The notes under the pieces are model-generated. The model made no database searches. It had not been told where the DNA came from and saw only the letters and a program-made list of their open reading frames with translations. From a virus (taxonomy: Duplodnaviria; Caudoviricetes): a stretch of DNA of 45,371 nt. The position numbers and the translations under genes are program-made. Shown here piece after piece: positions 26,422 to 36,275 of the stretch (the stretch's first letter is position 1; the number at the start of each line of letters is the position of its first letter). The DNA is taken from IMG/VR virus record IMGVR_UViG_3300017448_000026, positions 1-45,371 of that record; one strand, 5' to 3'.

Positions 26422-27312
26422 ATGGGACCAAGTTATACTAATAATCAAAAAGGTACTTATAATTCTTCAATGGGAGCTTATAATAATTTACAAGCTCCTA
26501 CTACTGCTCAAGGTGCGGCTGCCACTAGTGCATACGAGGGATTAGGCCCGGCAGGGATTGAGTCTATTTTAGCTCCTGCAACTGGGGCCGCAACTAATAT
26601 TTATAATACTGGAGGATATCAACAGCCGCAATTAGGTACTTTGGAAAATCAGGAAACAAGCAATTTAGGAGGATTAGATCCTACAGCTTTAGCAAAATTA
26701 AGCGGGCAATATCAAGATTTAATTTCGTCTGGGGGTATTTCAGATGCAACACAAGCCGCAATGCAGCGACAGGCAACTTCTGGGGTTGGTTCGATTTATG
26801 GAATTTTGTCTCAACAACAAGAAAGAAATAAAGCAGTTACTGGAGGAGAAGGCGGCGGCGGGGAAACTGCTGAAATGGCGCGACAATTATCTCAACAAGA
26901 GTCTAACGCAATCACCGGCGTTAATGCAGAAGTTGGGCAATTAAGACAGCAAGGAACTGAAGCTGGATTAGCTGGAGCAAGTAATTTAGCTAGTTCTCAA
27001 GCTGCCGCACAGAACGCCGCAGCAAACATTTTTGGAAGTACTTTAGGAGGAGTTGCTGGAGGTTCTCAGTATGGTGCAAGTTTATTATCAGGATTAGGTG
27101 GAACTACAGTTTCCGGTGCATTAGGATCTGCTGCTGGATTAGGGAATTTATATGCAACAGGATTAGGCGCGGAACAGGGATTTTTAGGGAATGCTGCTGG
27201 AGTTGCTAATAAACCTGCTAATCCCGGATTATTTGGACAAATTCTTGGTTCGGTTGGGCCAATTGCAGGTGGTGTTGGTGGATTATTAAAAGGTATCGGA
27301 TCGTTGCCTTAA
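26422..27312 (+). CDS. Putative DNA ejection (internal virion) protein
   Basis: Gly/Ala/Gln-rich with amphipathic C-terminal Gly-rich helix. Confidence 0.65.
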   Translation: MGPSYTNNQKGTYNSSMGAYNNLQAPTTAQGAAATSAYEGLGPAGIESILAPATGAATNIYNTGGYQQPQLGTLENQETSNLGGLDPTALAKLSGQYQDLISSGGISDATQAAMQRQATSGVGSIYGILSQQQERNKAVTGGEGGGGETAEMARQLSQQESNAITGVNAEVGQLRQQGTEAGLAGASNLASSQAAAQNAAANIFGSTLGGVAGGSQYGASLLSGLGGTTVSGALGSAAGLGNLYATGLGAEQGFLGNAAGVANKPANPGLFGQILGSVGPIAGGVGGLLKGIGSLP

Positions 27313-27322
27313 GGAATTATTT

Positions 27323-28765
27323 ATGCCTGGAATTTCTTTAGTAGATCCTGGAATGACTACAGTTGATGATTCTGGACAAATTAAGTTTTCTCCACAAGCT
27401 CAGTTAATTCGTCCTAATTTTGGTTATGACGCTCAAGAAGGTAGTATTGGAGCTTTATCTCCTTCTGCATCTCCTCAGATTCCTGCAGGAATAAATTCAG
27501 TAATTCCTGGTCCTGGAACAATGCCAGCAAACACGCCGAAATACTCCGGCGCAAATACACAAATGGCAATGGATATGCTAAAAGATACTTTAGCAACTTC
27601 GTATACTCCTCAGTATCAACACGGCGTTGGAGGATTTTTAAGTAGGTTAGGAAGTGGTTTAACAGGTTTAAGCAGAGGAATGAGAGGAGAAGAAGTAGAA
27701 TCCTATAATCCTGAAACAACTCAATCTCAGCGTGCGCGTGCGACGCGCGAAGGGAGAATTAAAGAATTAGAGCCTGTTGCTAAACTGGAGCAAGAAGAAC
27801 AAACGCAAAGAAGGCTAGGCGAGCAATCAGCCGCGTCTTTAGCTTCTGCTGAATCTCATAGAAAAGCAGTAGAAGATTTAACTAGACAACAAAGAGAAAT
27901 TGAAAGAAAGAAACAAGAAGACATTGAAACAAAGAATGCTACCGATGCCGAAAGAAAATCAAAGGAATTTACTGAAAAAATAAAAACAGATACAGAGAAA
28001 GCACGGCATAATAAAACTAATGAGGGAATTTCTTCAAATAAAACTCCTATTGACCGACGCGCTGACGAATTGCTTAACAAGAAAAATAGAGGAGAAATAC
28101 TAAGTGCGGCCGAGCAAGCTGAATTAAAATCTTTTTATGAAATAAAAGAAGGTATTCCTACACGTACTGGGGAAGCTAGGGCAAGAGCATTTGGCCAAAA
28201 TCGTCCTGTAGTTGTAGAAAATCCTCAAAAACCTGGAGAAACAATTTACGAACCTGCTGAGCAAGCTGAAAGAGTGATTGCGGCTACCCCCCAATCTACA
28301 GATTTTCAAGTATTGCGACAGAATGCTTTAGCAAATGTTCCTACATCTGTCACTAGAACTATGGCACAGTTCTCCAAACTTCTTGAACCTCAAATGAAAG
28401 ATGCTATAAAACAAGTAGATCAAATTGCAAAGGAAATTGGTCCTGGTGCTGGACGTTGGAATGAACTATGGGTTAATAAAGCTGGATTGAATGATCCAAA
28501 GTTTGCCGCCTTAAACACTCAATTAAAGTTACTTGCTACTGGCGTGATTAAAGCACATAATCAAGGTAGAATAAACGAGAAATGGCTCGAAGCTCTTGAG
28601 AAAGATTTCGGAGCCGCACAAAGTCCTGAAAATTTAAAGGCTAGAATTACTGCGGCTGATAAGTTTATTGTTGAGTATTCACACGCTTTGGATTCCACTA
28701 CACCAAATAAAGTACGCGATCCCCGTGAAGAAGTTACTGTTGATGATGTGGAGATTATAAAATAA
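27323..28765 (+). CDS. Putative DNA ejection (internal virion) protein
   Basis: Pro-rich N-terminus, GGFLSRLGSGL helix, long coiled coil. Confidence 0.6.
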   Translation: MPGISLVDPGMTTVDDSGQIKFSPQAQLIRPNFGYDAQEGSIGALSPSASPQIPAGINSVIPGPGTMPANTPKYSGANTQMAMDMLKDTLATSYTPQYQHGVGGFLSRLGSGLTGLSRGMRGEEVESYNPETTQSQRARATREGRIKELEPVAKLEQEEQTQRRLGEQSAASLASAESHRKAVEDLTRQQREIERKKQEDIETKNATDAERKSKEFTEKIKTDTEKARHNKTNEGISSNKTPIDRRADELLNKKNRGEILSAAEQAELKSFYEIKEGIPTRTGEARARAFGQNRPVVVENPQKPGETIYEPAEQAERVIAATPQSTDFQVLRQNALANVPTSVTRTMAQFSKLLEPQMKDAIKQVDQIAKEIGPGAGRWNELWVNKAGLNDPKFAALNTQLKLLATGVIKAHNQGRINEKWLEALEKDFGAAQSPENLKARITAADKFIVEYSHALDSTTPNKVRDPREEVTVDDVEIIK

Positions 28766-30612
28766 TGCCTGAGGATAATGAAGTAAAAGAAGTTAGAATT
28801 CATGGTAATACTTATCACGTAAGTGTACCTAAAGGATCTGATGACAATTTTATCAAGCAGGCTGCTGTAGCACACTATAAAGAAAGTAAACGAGTTCCTA
28901 GTGCAGGAAATTCACCTATTTCTGCGGCATCTATGGGTTACGAACCTAACTTTCTTGATAAAGTTTCAGGTGTTATAAGTGAAGGTCATATTGCACAAAC
29001 TGGTCCTGAAAGGCTAGAGCAAATTAAAAGAACACGAGCAAGAATGCCTGATACTACACCTGCACAAATGCTGGAGGAAGGGGCTTTAGCATTAGGTGCA
29101 GCAGGATTTGCTTCAATTCCAGAAGTTCTTGCTGCAAAAGGATTATCTGCAATCCCTCAAATTGCTACTGCTGGAGTAGGAGCTTATTTAGGAGATAGAT
29201 TTGGACGATCTACTGCAAAACGTTTTGGTGCGTCTCCTAGTACGGCTAATATGATTGGTTTAGGAACAGGAACTTTAGGAGCAATTGGTGGTGGAATAGG
29301 TGCTGGAAAAGTAGGAGAAGTTCTTGCAGGTTTACCTGAAGAATATGTACGTCCTGGTTCTAAATTAGGATTATTAAAACATTTATTTACTCCTCCTGAA
29401 CCTCCTCCCTACCAAGCTACCCCAGGCGGGGTTGAAAATCCACAATACGGATTTAATCCAGCATCTCCTTTTAAAGCTGAGTTTGCCGAACTTAGAGGTT
29501 TATTGGAATCAGAACCTGAATTTGTAGAACATAGAACTCCTCCAAGACAGCAAGTTCCTAAACAAGTTGGTCCTAAACCTATTCCTAAAGTTATTTCTCC
29601 ACGAGAATTACCGGTAGGAACTTTTGAAGGTAAGTCTGGACAAATTCCTCAATTACCTGCTCCTCCGTTAATTACTCCAACCAATTTCCCACAAGTAAAT
29701 CCTCCTACATTTCCTGGAACTCCTTCATATAGTTCTGCAGCAGAAATACCTGTACAAAATTCTAGAATGTTATCACAAGCTCCAATTATTACTCCAGCAC
29801 CTTCTGTACAAAATCCTAGATTACTAGGCCCAGCATCTCAAGGGTTTTGGCGCGGTCCTGGGGATGTTCCGAATCCTCTACACGAGTCAGGAGAATTTAA
29901 AGCAGGCGGTGATATTCCAGTAGAACGTGGGATGCCTCCTAAGCCTTTAAACGTATTTAATCCTCAACAATTAGATAGAATTAGCAATGAAATCGCTCCT
30001 GACAAGCCTGTAAAACCCGAAGCTAAAGCTGAATCTCAGCAGGTTGAATCTTCATTAAAATCTGCTGCTGGAGAAAGCTTGCCTTCTGCTAAAGCATTAG
30101 ATGTAAGTGGACAAACTAAATTCAATCCTGAACTTCAAAAGAAATTAGATGAATTAAAGACTGCTCCTCCTAAAGTTAATTTGGACAAACCAATTGAATC
30201 GCCGTCTCAAGGTAGAAATCCTGTAAGGCCGCCTATTAAAGTTAATAATCCTAAAGAAGTTGGAATTAAAAGACCAAGAAATATTTCAAAATTGGAGGTT
30301 AAACATCCTGATTCCCCTAAATCAAGTCCTAAAATTGAAGAGGCTCCAAAGCAAGAAACGAAACCTCATTTTACTCATAAAATGATAGGAGATATTGCAA
30401 GATACGTCTCAGGAGCAGAAAAAGGAGAAAAAATTACTCCAAACGAAGTAAGACGTGTTATTGATGCAAATGATTTAGGTACTCAAGATGAGGCTAAGTT
30501 TGCATTTAAGGGAAGAGAAACTAAGACTTCTCGCCGAAGTTCTAGCGGAGAAGCGAATAAAGTGTTAATTCAACAAGGAATTAAAAAGTGGTTAAAGGAA
30601 AATCCTATTTAA
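28765..30612 (+). CDS. Putative internal virion protein with glycine-zipper-like segments and long Pro-rich region
   Basis: GVGAYLG and GLGTGTLGAIGGGIGAG; last gene of the + arm. Confidence 0.55.
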   Translation: MPEDNEVKEVRIHGNTYHVSVPKGSDDNFIKQAAVAHYKESKRVPSAGNSPISAASMGYEPNFLDKVSGVISEGHIAQTGPERLEQIKRTRARMPDTTPAQMLEEGALALGAAGFASIPEVLAAKGLSAIPQIATAGVGAYLGDRFGRSTAKRFGASPSTANMIGLGTGTLGAIGGGIGAGKVGEVLAGLPEEYVRPGSKLGLLKHLFTPPEPPPYQATPGGVENPQYGFNPASPFKAEFAELRGLLESEPEFVEHRTPPRQQVPKQVGPKPIPKVISPRELPVGTFEGKSGQIPQLPAPPLITPTNFPQVNPPTFPGTPSYSSAAEIPVQNSRMLSQAPIITPAPSVQNPRLLGPASQGFWRGPGDVPNPLHESGEFKAGGDIPVERGMPPKPLNVFNPQQLDRISNEIAPDKPVKPEAKAESQQVESSLKSAAGESLPSAKALDVSGQTKFNPELQKKLDELKTAPPKVNLDKPIESPSQGRNPVRPPIKVNNPKEVGIKRPRNISKLEVKHPDSPKSSPKIEEAPKQETKPHFTHKMIGDIARYVSGAEKGEKITPNEVRRVIDANDLGTQDEAKFAFKGRETKTSRRSSSGEANKVLIQQGIKKWLKENPI

Positions 30613-30832
30613 GTTCTCTTATTCTATTGCAAATAATATATAATTCATACTGAATGTCTACAAGAATGTCAGGATCATATCCCCACTGAAGTGCAACATT
30701 ACAATAGTTCATTGCATCAATCAATTCATCGTCTAATTCTTCTAATGGGTGACCAACGAATTTCTTTCCATACTTAATCTGTCCTAATCTCCACTTTTCC
30801 TTCATTGCTTCTTCAATACTTAGATGTGTCAT
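30605..30832 (-). CDS. MazG-like all-alpha NTP pyrophosphohydrolase candidate
   Basis: GQIKYG...LEELDDELIDAMNY acidic ExxD motif. Confidence 0.55.
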   Translation of the reverse strand: MTHLSIEEAMKEKWRLGQIKYGKKFVGHPLEELDDELIDAMNYCNVALQWGYDPDILVDIQYELYIICNRIRELK

Positions 30833-31073
30833 TTCTTAACTCCTCTCTTATCTTAATAAATCTAATCAAACTCTTTTCAAGATTACTTACCTTCCTCAAC
30901 CAATTCTCAATTTGTTGCCTTCTCCAGTAAATCAAATTGTCTAATTTTCTGATTTTTTTCTTGATTGGATCATTTTTGATTATTTGATATTGAGCTTTAG
31001 CACGGGCTAATGATTTAGTACGAAATTCTGGATCAGTTCGGTATTTATTTTTCTTTCTTTGGGCGTTGGTCAT
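30813..31073 (-). CDS. Basic helical hypothetical protein
   Basis: Lys/Arg-rich ORF overlapping its neighbours. Confidence 0.6.
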   Translation of the reverse strand: MTNAQRKKNKYRTDPEFRTKSLARAKAQYQIIKNDPIKKKIRKLDNLIYWRRQQIENWLRKVSNLEKSLIRFIKIREELRNDTSKY

Positions 31074-32272
31074 ACCCCCCTCACCTTTTTCTCGTAAATT
31101 AAATACTCATTGACAACCGCATCCTTCATTACGTAGATTCTATCTTTGCCAATGTTTTTTACTTCAATCATTCCTGCTCCAAGTAGATTTTCTATGACAA
31201 GATCCAAGTCATAGCCATTTATGTCACCCCAGTAACGTTTGAGAAGTTGCGTTCGACTTATTTTATGTTCGGGATGAGATAATAAAGCACGTATTACAAT
31301 TCTAGTTTGTCCGCTTAGCGTCGCAGACCCGCCCATGCTAATTTGATGTGCGGCCAATCCACAATTCATACATTCGGCCTTTGCTTCCTGAAGTGCATCT
31401 AGGTCCATTGTTAGGTCTAGTCTTTTGGATAACGAAAGAATCATAGCAACTTTTAATATACTATCCCCAACACGATTATAGTACCCTGTTACATCATTTT
31501 CAGGAAGGTTTTGCATGAAATCAATGTACCAAGTTTTATACCAATCTGCTGTTTCTTTTGTCCATTTGAATTCTCCTTTTAATTTTGCTAAATCTTTTAA
31601 GTATGGAACAAAAGAATTAACGTCAATAATTGAGCTAGGAGGGTCAACAAGAGGATTAGGCAAGCCCCTATCCATACTATAAACAATAAAAGTCCTAGCA
31701 ATGAATCCTCCTTTGACATCTGACTTGGGGATAGTTTCCGCAAAATGGTCATCGTTTGTTGCTCCAAATAAATTTATACATGGCTTTGTTAAAGTATCTA
31801 TTCCTGTTGATTTTAAGCTATTTTCCCATTTTTCCTCATGTTCATGTGTGTTATATAGGTCTGTTAAAACCTTTAATCCATCTAAATCTTTAACTAAGAA
31901 AGATGCTAATTCACCACTTATTATGAGTGCTTGAGCTTCTTTGTACGGTACTGTGCCATTGGCGTTTGTCTTCAATTTACCTAAATCATAAATTACACGC
32001 GGTACTGAATTTCTTCCACTTATTACTTTTGATGCCTCAGACTTCTCAACAAGAGACTTACAAAGAGAAATTGGAATACCTTTTTTCATACCAGACTTAG
32101 CAATGAGAAAGACGTAAATATTAGGATAAAGTTTATAATGAAACCTGTCCAAATAGATATTCTTTCGCATAACAGCAGCCATCGCAGTTATAGCCGCCCA
32201 GTAATAAAATCTTTGTGGGGATTCAGAATCTTTATAAGCGTCTACTACTGAATTTATCCAGTTGTATCCCAT
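31070..32272 (-). CDS. DUF3987-like AAA+ ATPase/helicase with C-terminal winged-helix-like region
   Basis: ESPQRFYYW, YPNIYVFLIAKSGMKKG (degenerate P-loop), ELASFL, LTDLY, GGFIARTFIV (Arg finger). Confidence 0.7.
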   Translation of the reverse strand: MGYNWINSVVDAYKDSESPQRFYYWAAITAMAAVMRKNIYLDRFHYKLYPNIYVFLIAKSGMKKGIPISLCKSLVEKSEASKVISGRNSVPRVIYDLGKLKTNANGTVPYKEAQALIISGELASFLVKDLDGLKVLTDLYNTHEHEEKWENSLKSTGIDTLTKPCINLFGATNDDHFAETIPKSDVKGGFIARTFIVYSMDRGLPNPLVDPPSSIIDVNSFVPYLKDLAKLKGEFKWTKETADWYKTWYIDFMQNLPENDVTGYYNRVGDSILKVAMILSLSKRLDLTMDLDALQEAKAECMNCGLAAHQISMGGSATLSGQTRIVIRALLSHPEHKISRTQLLKRYWGDINGYDLDLVIENLLGAGMIEVKNIGKDRIYVMKDAVVNEYLIYEKKVRGV

Positions 32273-32484
32273 TTAATTTCTTCATCTTCATGACCTTCAA
32301 TGCATTTAGTTATGTTACAATCTTTATTTTTTGAATTTCCTGATAAGTTCCAGTAAGTAGGAATCCAAACGTTATCGAATACGTTTACTTCTCCAAATAA
32401 AGTCCATCCTTCAATGGATTTAATTACTGCTCTCATTCCATTTGAAAGATAATATCTTCCTATTCTAAAATTCATAATATTCAA
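32254..32484 (-). CDS. Hypothetical protein
   Basis: AGGAG RBS; GRYYLSNGMRAVI...YWNLSG. Confidence 0.65.
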   Translation of the reverse strand: MNIMNFRIGRYYLSNGMRAVIKSIEGWTLFGEVNVFDNVWIPTYWNLSGNSKNKDCNITKCIEGHEDEEIKWDTTG

Positions 32485-32493
32485 CTCCTGCTT

Positions 32494-34962
32494 CTAAAAA
32501 TAAGTTCTATTTTGTGGACCATTCTCCATACCGTCAGGAAACTCTTTTGATTTTTCTATCCATCGCTTTCCCACGTGAAGTTCGCATGGGATTATCAAAT
32601 TATAGTCTCGACTAAGAGTGCATTTTGAAAAGTTTATAGGAACCTCAAGCTCCTCTTTAATAACCTGTGCGGCCGACGGTATTAAATCATCACGAATCAG
32701 TGCTAGGAATGAGTCATGAGATTCAAGACACGGGAAAAACGAATCCTTTGGCAGCCGCCCAACTATTCTAAGCAATGCAAATTTTAATTGGTCGCTTACG
32801 GTAGCTTGAGGGATATAACTATATGCTTCTTTGAAAAGTTCATCTCCCCACTTGTTAAAAAATTGTCGCTTTCTTCCATGAGGAGAAAATAACGTACAAT
32901 TGTTTTGTGCTAATGCTTGTTGTATTTCCGCATGAAACACTTGCTTAATTTTAGGATTAGCTTGATGGAATGCTTCAAGAAATTTTCCCATCCTCCACTC
33001 TGATATAAAAATTCCGAATTTGGCACAATTAAGCATTCCTTGATGTTTTCCCATGTCATAATTTCCAGCATGTCTGGTCTTTTTGCCGATTTGTCTGTCA
33101 TAATCAGTAATATCTTCCCAATCTTTCTCGGCTATTGCAGTCGCAGTTAATGTATGCCTATCATCTTTTAAGCCGTGTTTATTTCGTTTAAATTCAGTTC
33201 GTTCGTAATCGCGAAGCGCATCCCAATCTTTTGACAAAACACAAACTACACGATCCTCAGCTTGCGACAAATCGGGCTCGATAAAACTAAAACCTGGATC
33301 TGCAATAAACATGCTACGTAAATCCCCGCCGCCCGCATCTAGGGTTACGTCTTCATGTTTTGTCATTGTTTGTAATGCAAGACCTTCTTGAATAACAACT
33401 ACAGGGGGTTTTCTTACTTGTGTACTAGTTCTACCGGATTCCGTACCGCAAATCATCATTTCTGTTCTAATTCTTCCATCTAAACTCGGATTTGCTTCAA
33501 TATAAGTTCCAATTGTTTTACGTATTTTCCTCTGCTCCAAAATGTCTGTGATAATCTTTTTTCGTCTTTCATCCTTGATAGAATTATTAGCAAGAGACTT
33601 GAGCGTATCTTCACCGGTATCTTTTCGTACAGGACACTTAAGAAATCCGTATAACAGATTAGCGACCTGTTTGGGAGAGTTTGGATTAAATCTTCTAAAA
33701 CTATCTCGTAACCCTTCATCTCCATCAATAATTCTTGTGATAAGTTGTTCGTACTTTTCATCTCTAAGTTTGGAATACTTGGCATGTAAATTTCTCCTAA
33801 TTTGTTCGTCAACTAACAATCCTACATCTTCCATGTTTGAATAAAGACGATGCAAAGGCATTATTTGCTCGAAGAAAAACTCTTCAAGCCCTTCTTCTTG
33901 AAGCATAATTAATTCTTTTTCAAAGCATTCGTACTCTATTGCACTATCTTTAGCATTGTACAAACATAATCTATCAAAATTGTGCTTACGTGGATCGTAT
34001 TCAGATCCTTCGTCTTTGTAGTAAGGCTCCTCCGTAAGAATGGATGAGATTACAGCAAGTTTCTTTGGCATTTCAGCGAATAAAGTATGCCAAGCAAGCA
34101 TGGTATCGAAATACAAATCATGCCATTTTAATCCTATTTGTCTACATCGTTTTTCGTCAAATTTTCCATTCTGTGCAATAAGTCTCGTCTTACAATCTGC
34201 ATAAAACTCAGCAAGTGTTTTCCAGATTTCACAAAGATCGTGATCTGGAATGGATTTGTCAAGTAAAGGGATAGAGATACTATGCCAATTGTTAAATGCA
34301 AACGATGTACATATCGGGATTGTTTTAGACGTTTCCACGTCGGAGGCACAAAATGGAGCATTATTATATCTCTCCAAAAATCTATAAACGTCTAGGCTAT
34401 TTCTTGCGACTTCAAGTGTTCGTGCGGGCGAGCGTATCTCAGGAAATTTACTTTGTTCGAGCGATCGTTTAACATCATGTTTTATTAGAGCCAAATCCTT
34501 CCAAGATTTCATCCCTTCGCCAGCTTCATGTAAAAGTGCGGCTGGATGTATACTTGCTACGCATTTGTGGTGTGTTAATCTACACGGTAATATACTTCCA
34601 CGATATTTCTCAATTCCTCGATTTCCTGTTAACCATTCAAGTGGAGTATTGCCGAATAGTAGTACGCAATTTGGGTTGATTGTTTGGAGTTCAGAAATTA
34701 ATTGCGGGATGAAGTCTTCGATCTTATAACCGATCAAATGTAAGTCTTTAATTTTATTCCCCGGCGGCCGCACTTTAACAACATTCGTAATATAAATGTC
34801 GTTACGCGAAATTCCAGCGTCATCAAGACATTCGTCAAGTAAATTTCCAGCAGGACCAACAAAAGGTGTACCGGATTCTTCTTCACGCGCGCCTGGAGCT
34901 TCGCCTACTAATACTAATTTTGCATTAGGATTACCGTATCCTGGAACATAAATTCCTGGCAT
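32494..34962 (-). CDS. Family A DNA polymerase with N-terminal uracil-DNA-glycosylase (family 4-like) domain and 3'-5' exonuclease
   Basis: UDG motifs GEAPG, PFVG, TNVVKVRPPGN, HPAALL; Exo DVET, NGKFD, YNAKD; Pol A DLSQAE, B RQIGKKTRHAGNY, C HDS. Confidence 0.93.
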   Translation of the reverse strand: MPGIYVPGYGNPNAKLVLVGEAPGAREEESGTPFVGPAGNLLDECLDDAGISRNDIYITNVVKVRPPGNKIKDLHLIGYKIEDFIPQLISELQTINPNCVLLFGNTPLEWLTGNRGIEKYRGSILPCRLTHHKCVASIHPAALLHEAGEGMKSWKDLALIKHDVKRSLEQSKFPEIRSPARTLEVARNSLDVYRFLERYNNAPFCASDVETSKTIPICTSFAFNNWHSISIPLLDKSIPDHDLCEIWKTLAEFYADCKTRLIAQNGKFDEKRCRQIGLKWHDLYFDTMLAWHTLFAEMPKKLAVISSILTEEPYYKDEGSEYDPRKHNFDRLCLYNAKDSAIEYECFEKELIMLQEEGLEEFFFEQIMPLHRLYSNMEDVGLLVDEQIRRNLHAKYSKLRDEKYEQLITRIIDGDEGLRDSFRRFNPNSPKQVANLLYGFLKCPVRKDTGEDTLKSLANNSIKDERRKKIITDILEQRKIRKTIGTYIEANPSLDGRIRTEMMICGTESGRTSTQVRKPPVVVIQEGLALQTMTKHEDVTLDAGGGDLRSMFIADPGFSFIEPDLSQAEDRVVCVLSKDWDALRDYERTEFKRNKHGLKDDRHTLTATAIAEKDWEDITDYDRQIGKKTRHAGNYDMGKHQGMLNCAKFGIFISEWRMGKFLEAFHQANPKIKQVFHAEIQQALAQNNCTLFSPHGRKRQFFNKWGDELFKEAYSYIPQATVSDQLKFALLRIVGRLPKDSFFPCLESHDSFLALIRDDLIPSAAQVIKEELEVPINFSKCTLSRDYNLIIPCELHVGKRWIEKSKEFPDGMENGPQNRTYF

Positions 34963-35004
34963 TATTTTCTTTTTACTATAATTCGTTGTAAAATTTCACG
35001 TACT

Positions 35005-35034
35005 ATTATACCATCGTTCACAAACATGCCTCAA
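35005..35034 (-). promoter_or_regulatory. Sigma70-like promoter upstream of the DNA polymerase
   Basis: TTGAGG, 18-nt spacer, extended -10 TGGTATAAT on the - strand. Confidence 0.55.
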
Positions 35035-35398
35035 TAGCCTCTTCGTATTCTTCCCAATCAATTTCCAATTCATTCGCAAGTATATGTTCAATTAAACTTG
35101 CGATTAGATGTTCCTTGTAATAAGGGCATCCTAAGATTGCTCCAGGTTCAGGCGCATCTAAATGTGCCTTATCCCAATCTGTTACTTCTTTTTCAGTAAC
35201 TCCGTTGGCTGTGCATAAATATGCTTCAATCATTTCATGTATTGCAATTAAGAAATGACAATAACGTCTTGTTTCTCCAACAAGGGAATTTAATCTTGAT
35301 ACAGAAACGACTAAATTATGTTTCTCATCAAACATCCAATCTCCTGCTGTGGGATATCTTTGTTTGTCATGTTCAATCACTATTGCCGTTATTTTCAT
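35018..35398 (-). CDS. Hypothetical protein with HExxE metal-binding-like motif
   Basis: QRYPTAGDW, IAIHEMIE, PYYKEHLIA. Confidence 0.7.
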   Translation of the reverse strand: MKITAIVIEHDKQRYPTAGDWMFDEKHNLVVSVSRLNSLVGETRRYCHFLIAIHEMIEAYLCTANGVTEKEVTDWDKAHLDAPEPGAILGCPYYKEHLIASLIEHILANELEIDWEEYEEAIEACL

Positions 35399-35592
35399 TT
35401 TGTTTTCTCCGCATAAATGCTTTCTAATTTCTCTACCTGCTTCTGACTTAATGTTCCATTTGTGCGGAATTGTTTGTCAATAGAGACTAAAAAGCTTCGT
35501 TCCCATTCACTTATTCCGACACCATGATAAAGCGATTCAAAAATGAAATGCTTTATTACTTCATCACTTGGTTGTTTCCAAACTGCCGCCAT
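35395..35592 (-). CDS. Small hypothetical protein
   Basis: AGGAG RBS; SEWERSFLVSI...LSQKQVEKL. Confidence 0.75.
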   Translation of the reverse strand: MAAVWKQPSDEVIKHFIFESLYHGVGISEWERSFLVSIDKQFRTNGTLSQKQVEKLESIYAEKTK

Positions 35593-35603
35593 AAAAATCT
35601 CCT

Positions 35604-35635
35604 AAAATAAAGGGTGCGCGTAGTTCACGCGCACC
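35604..35635 (-). terminator. Intrinsic terminator-like hairpin
   Basis: GGTGCGCGT-GAACT-ACGCGCACC then CTTTATTTT on the - strand. Confidence 0.7.
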
Positions 35636-35641
35636 GTAGTT

Positions 35642-35761
35642 TTAAAGTTCTTCTTCTTCTTCTTCTTTTTCTTCTTCTTCTTCGTCTTCTTCTTCTTCTT
35701 CTTCGTCAGGATCAACTAAATCTGACAAATCTTCTTCTTCTGTACTTTGACACCTCATCAT
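35642..35761 (-). CDS. 39-aa hyper-acidic peptide
   Basis: AAAGGAG RBS; MMRCQSTEEEDLSDLVDPDEEEEEEDEEEEEKEEEEEEL (25 of 39 D/E); followed by a terminator. Confidence 0.7.
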   Translation of the reverse strand: MMRCQSTEEEDLSDLVDPDEEEEEEDEEEEEKEEEEEEL

Positions 35762-35801
35762 TGTCTTATCTCCTTTCTTTAATTATTCTAAAGAAAATAC
35801 C

Positions 35802-35894
35802 TTGGCGCGTCGGTGGCTGGGCTAACCGAACTCCCCATATTCTTTTGACTGTCACGTTCCATGAACTGACTCCGATATTTAGTTCGCGCGCCAA
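35802..35894. ncRNA. Candidate structured RNA (closing stem plus three internal hairpins)
   Basis: TTGGCGCG...CGCGCCAA closing stem; internal CGGT/ACCG, GAAC/GTTC and GAACT/AGTTC stems; intergenic. Confidence 0.3.
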
Positions 35895-35900
35895 AGTTCA

Positions 35901-36275
35901 TTAACTATTCAACGGCAAAAAACCGTCAATTTTGTTGTTCTTTCTGCCATTATACACGTCATTAATAACGTGTATCCTCATCTTCTTTCCTACGGCGTTA
36001 TCTACATCAACAGGTTCTCCTTCCCAAGGTTTTCCTTGTAGAATTGTGATTAACTCTTGTCCGAATCCTGGAGCCTTTTCAGGAATCAGAAAATCTATTG
36101 GAACTCCATCATAAGCTCCACCTACGATGTGAAAGGTAAACACTGTATTAACAGTGCTTGGATCTTTTACACCGGGTTTTTGTTGAACACTCTTAATCAC
36201 CGCAGGATAAATTCCTGGTTCAACTAACTTTGATCGTAGCAAATCGGTTTTTGTTGCGCTTAGTACTGTTGACAT
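35901..36275 (-). CDS. OB-fold ssDNA-binding-like protein (DUF669-like)
   Basis: VEPGIYPAVIKSV...VGKKMRIHVINDVYNGRKNNKI; next to the AAA and nuclease genes. Confidence 0.65.
   Translation of the reverse strand: MSTVLSATKTDLLRSKLVEPGIYPAVIKSVQQKPGVKDPSTVNTVFTFHIVGGAYDGVPIDFLIPEKAPGFGQELITILQGKPWEGEPVDVDNAVGKKMRIHVINDVYNGRKNNKIDGFLPLNS

Noticed and set aside
35802-35894. Canonical tRNA gene
   Set aside because: No GTTCRA T-loop at the right position, no proper D or anticodon arm; kept only as an ncRNA candidate.
35614-35904. Poly-Leu membrane protein on the + strand
   Set aside because: Antisense shadow of the GAA-rich acidic peptide, which has the RBS, terminator and operon orientation.
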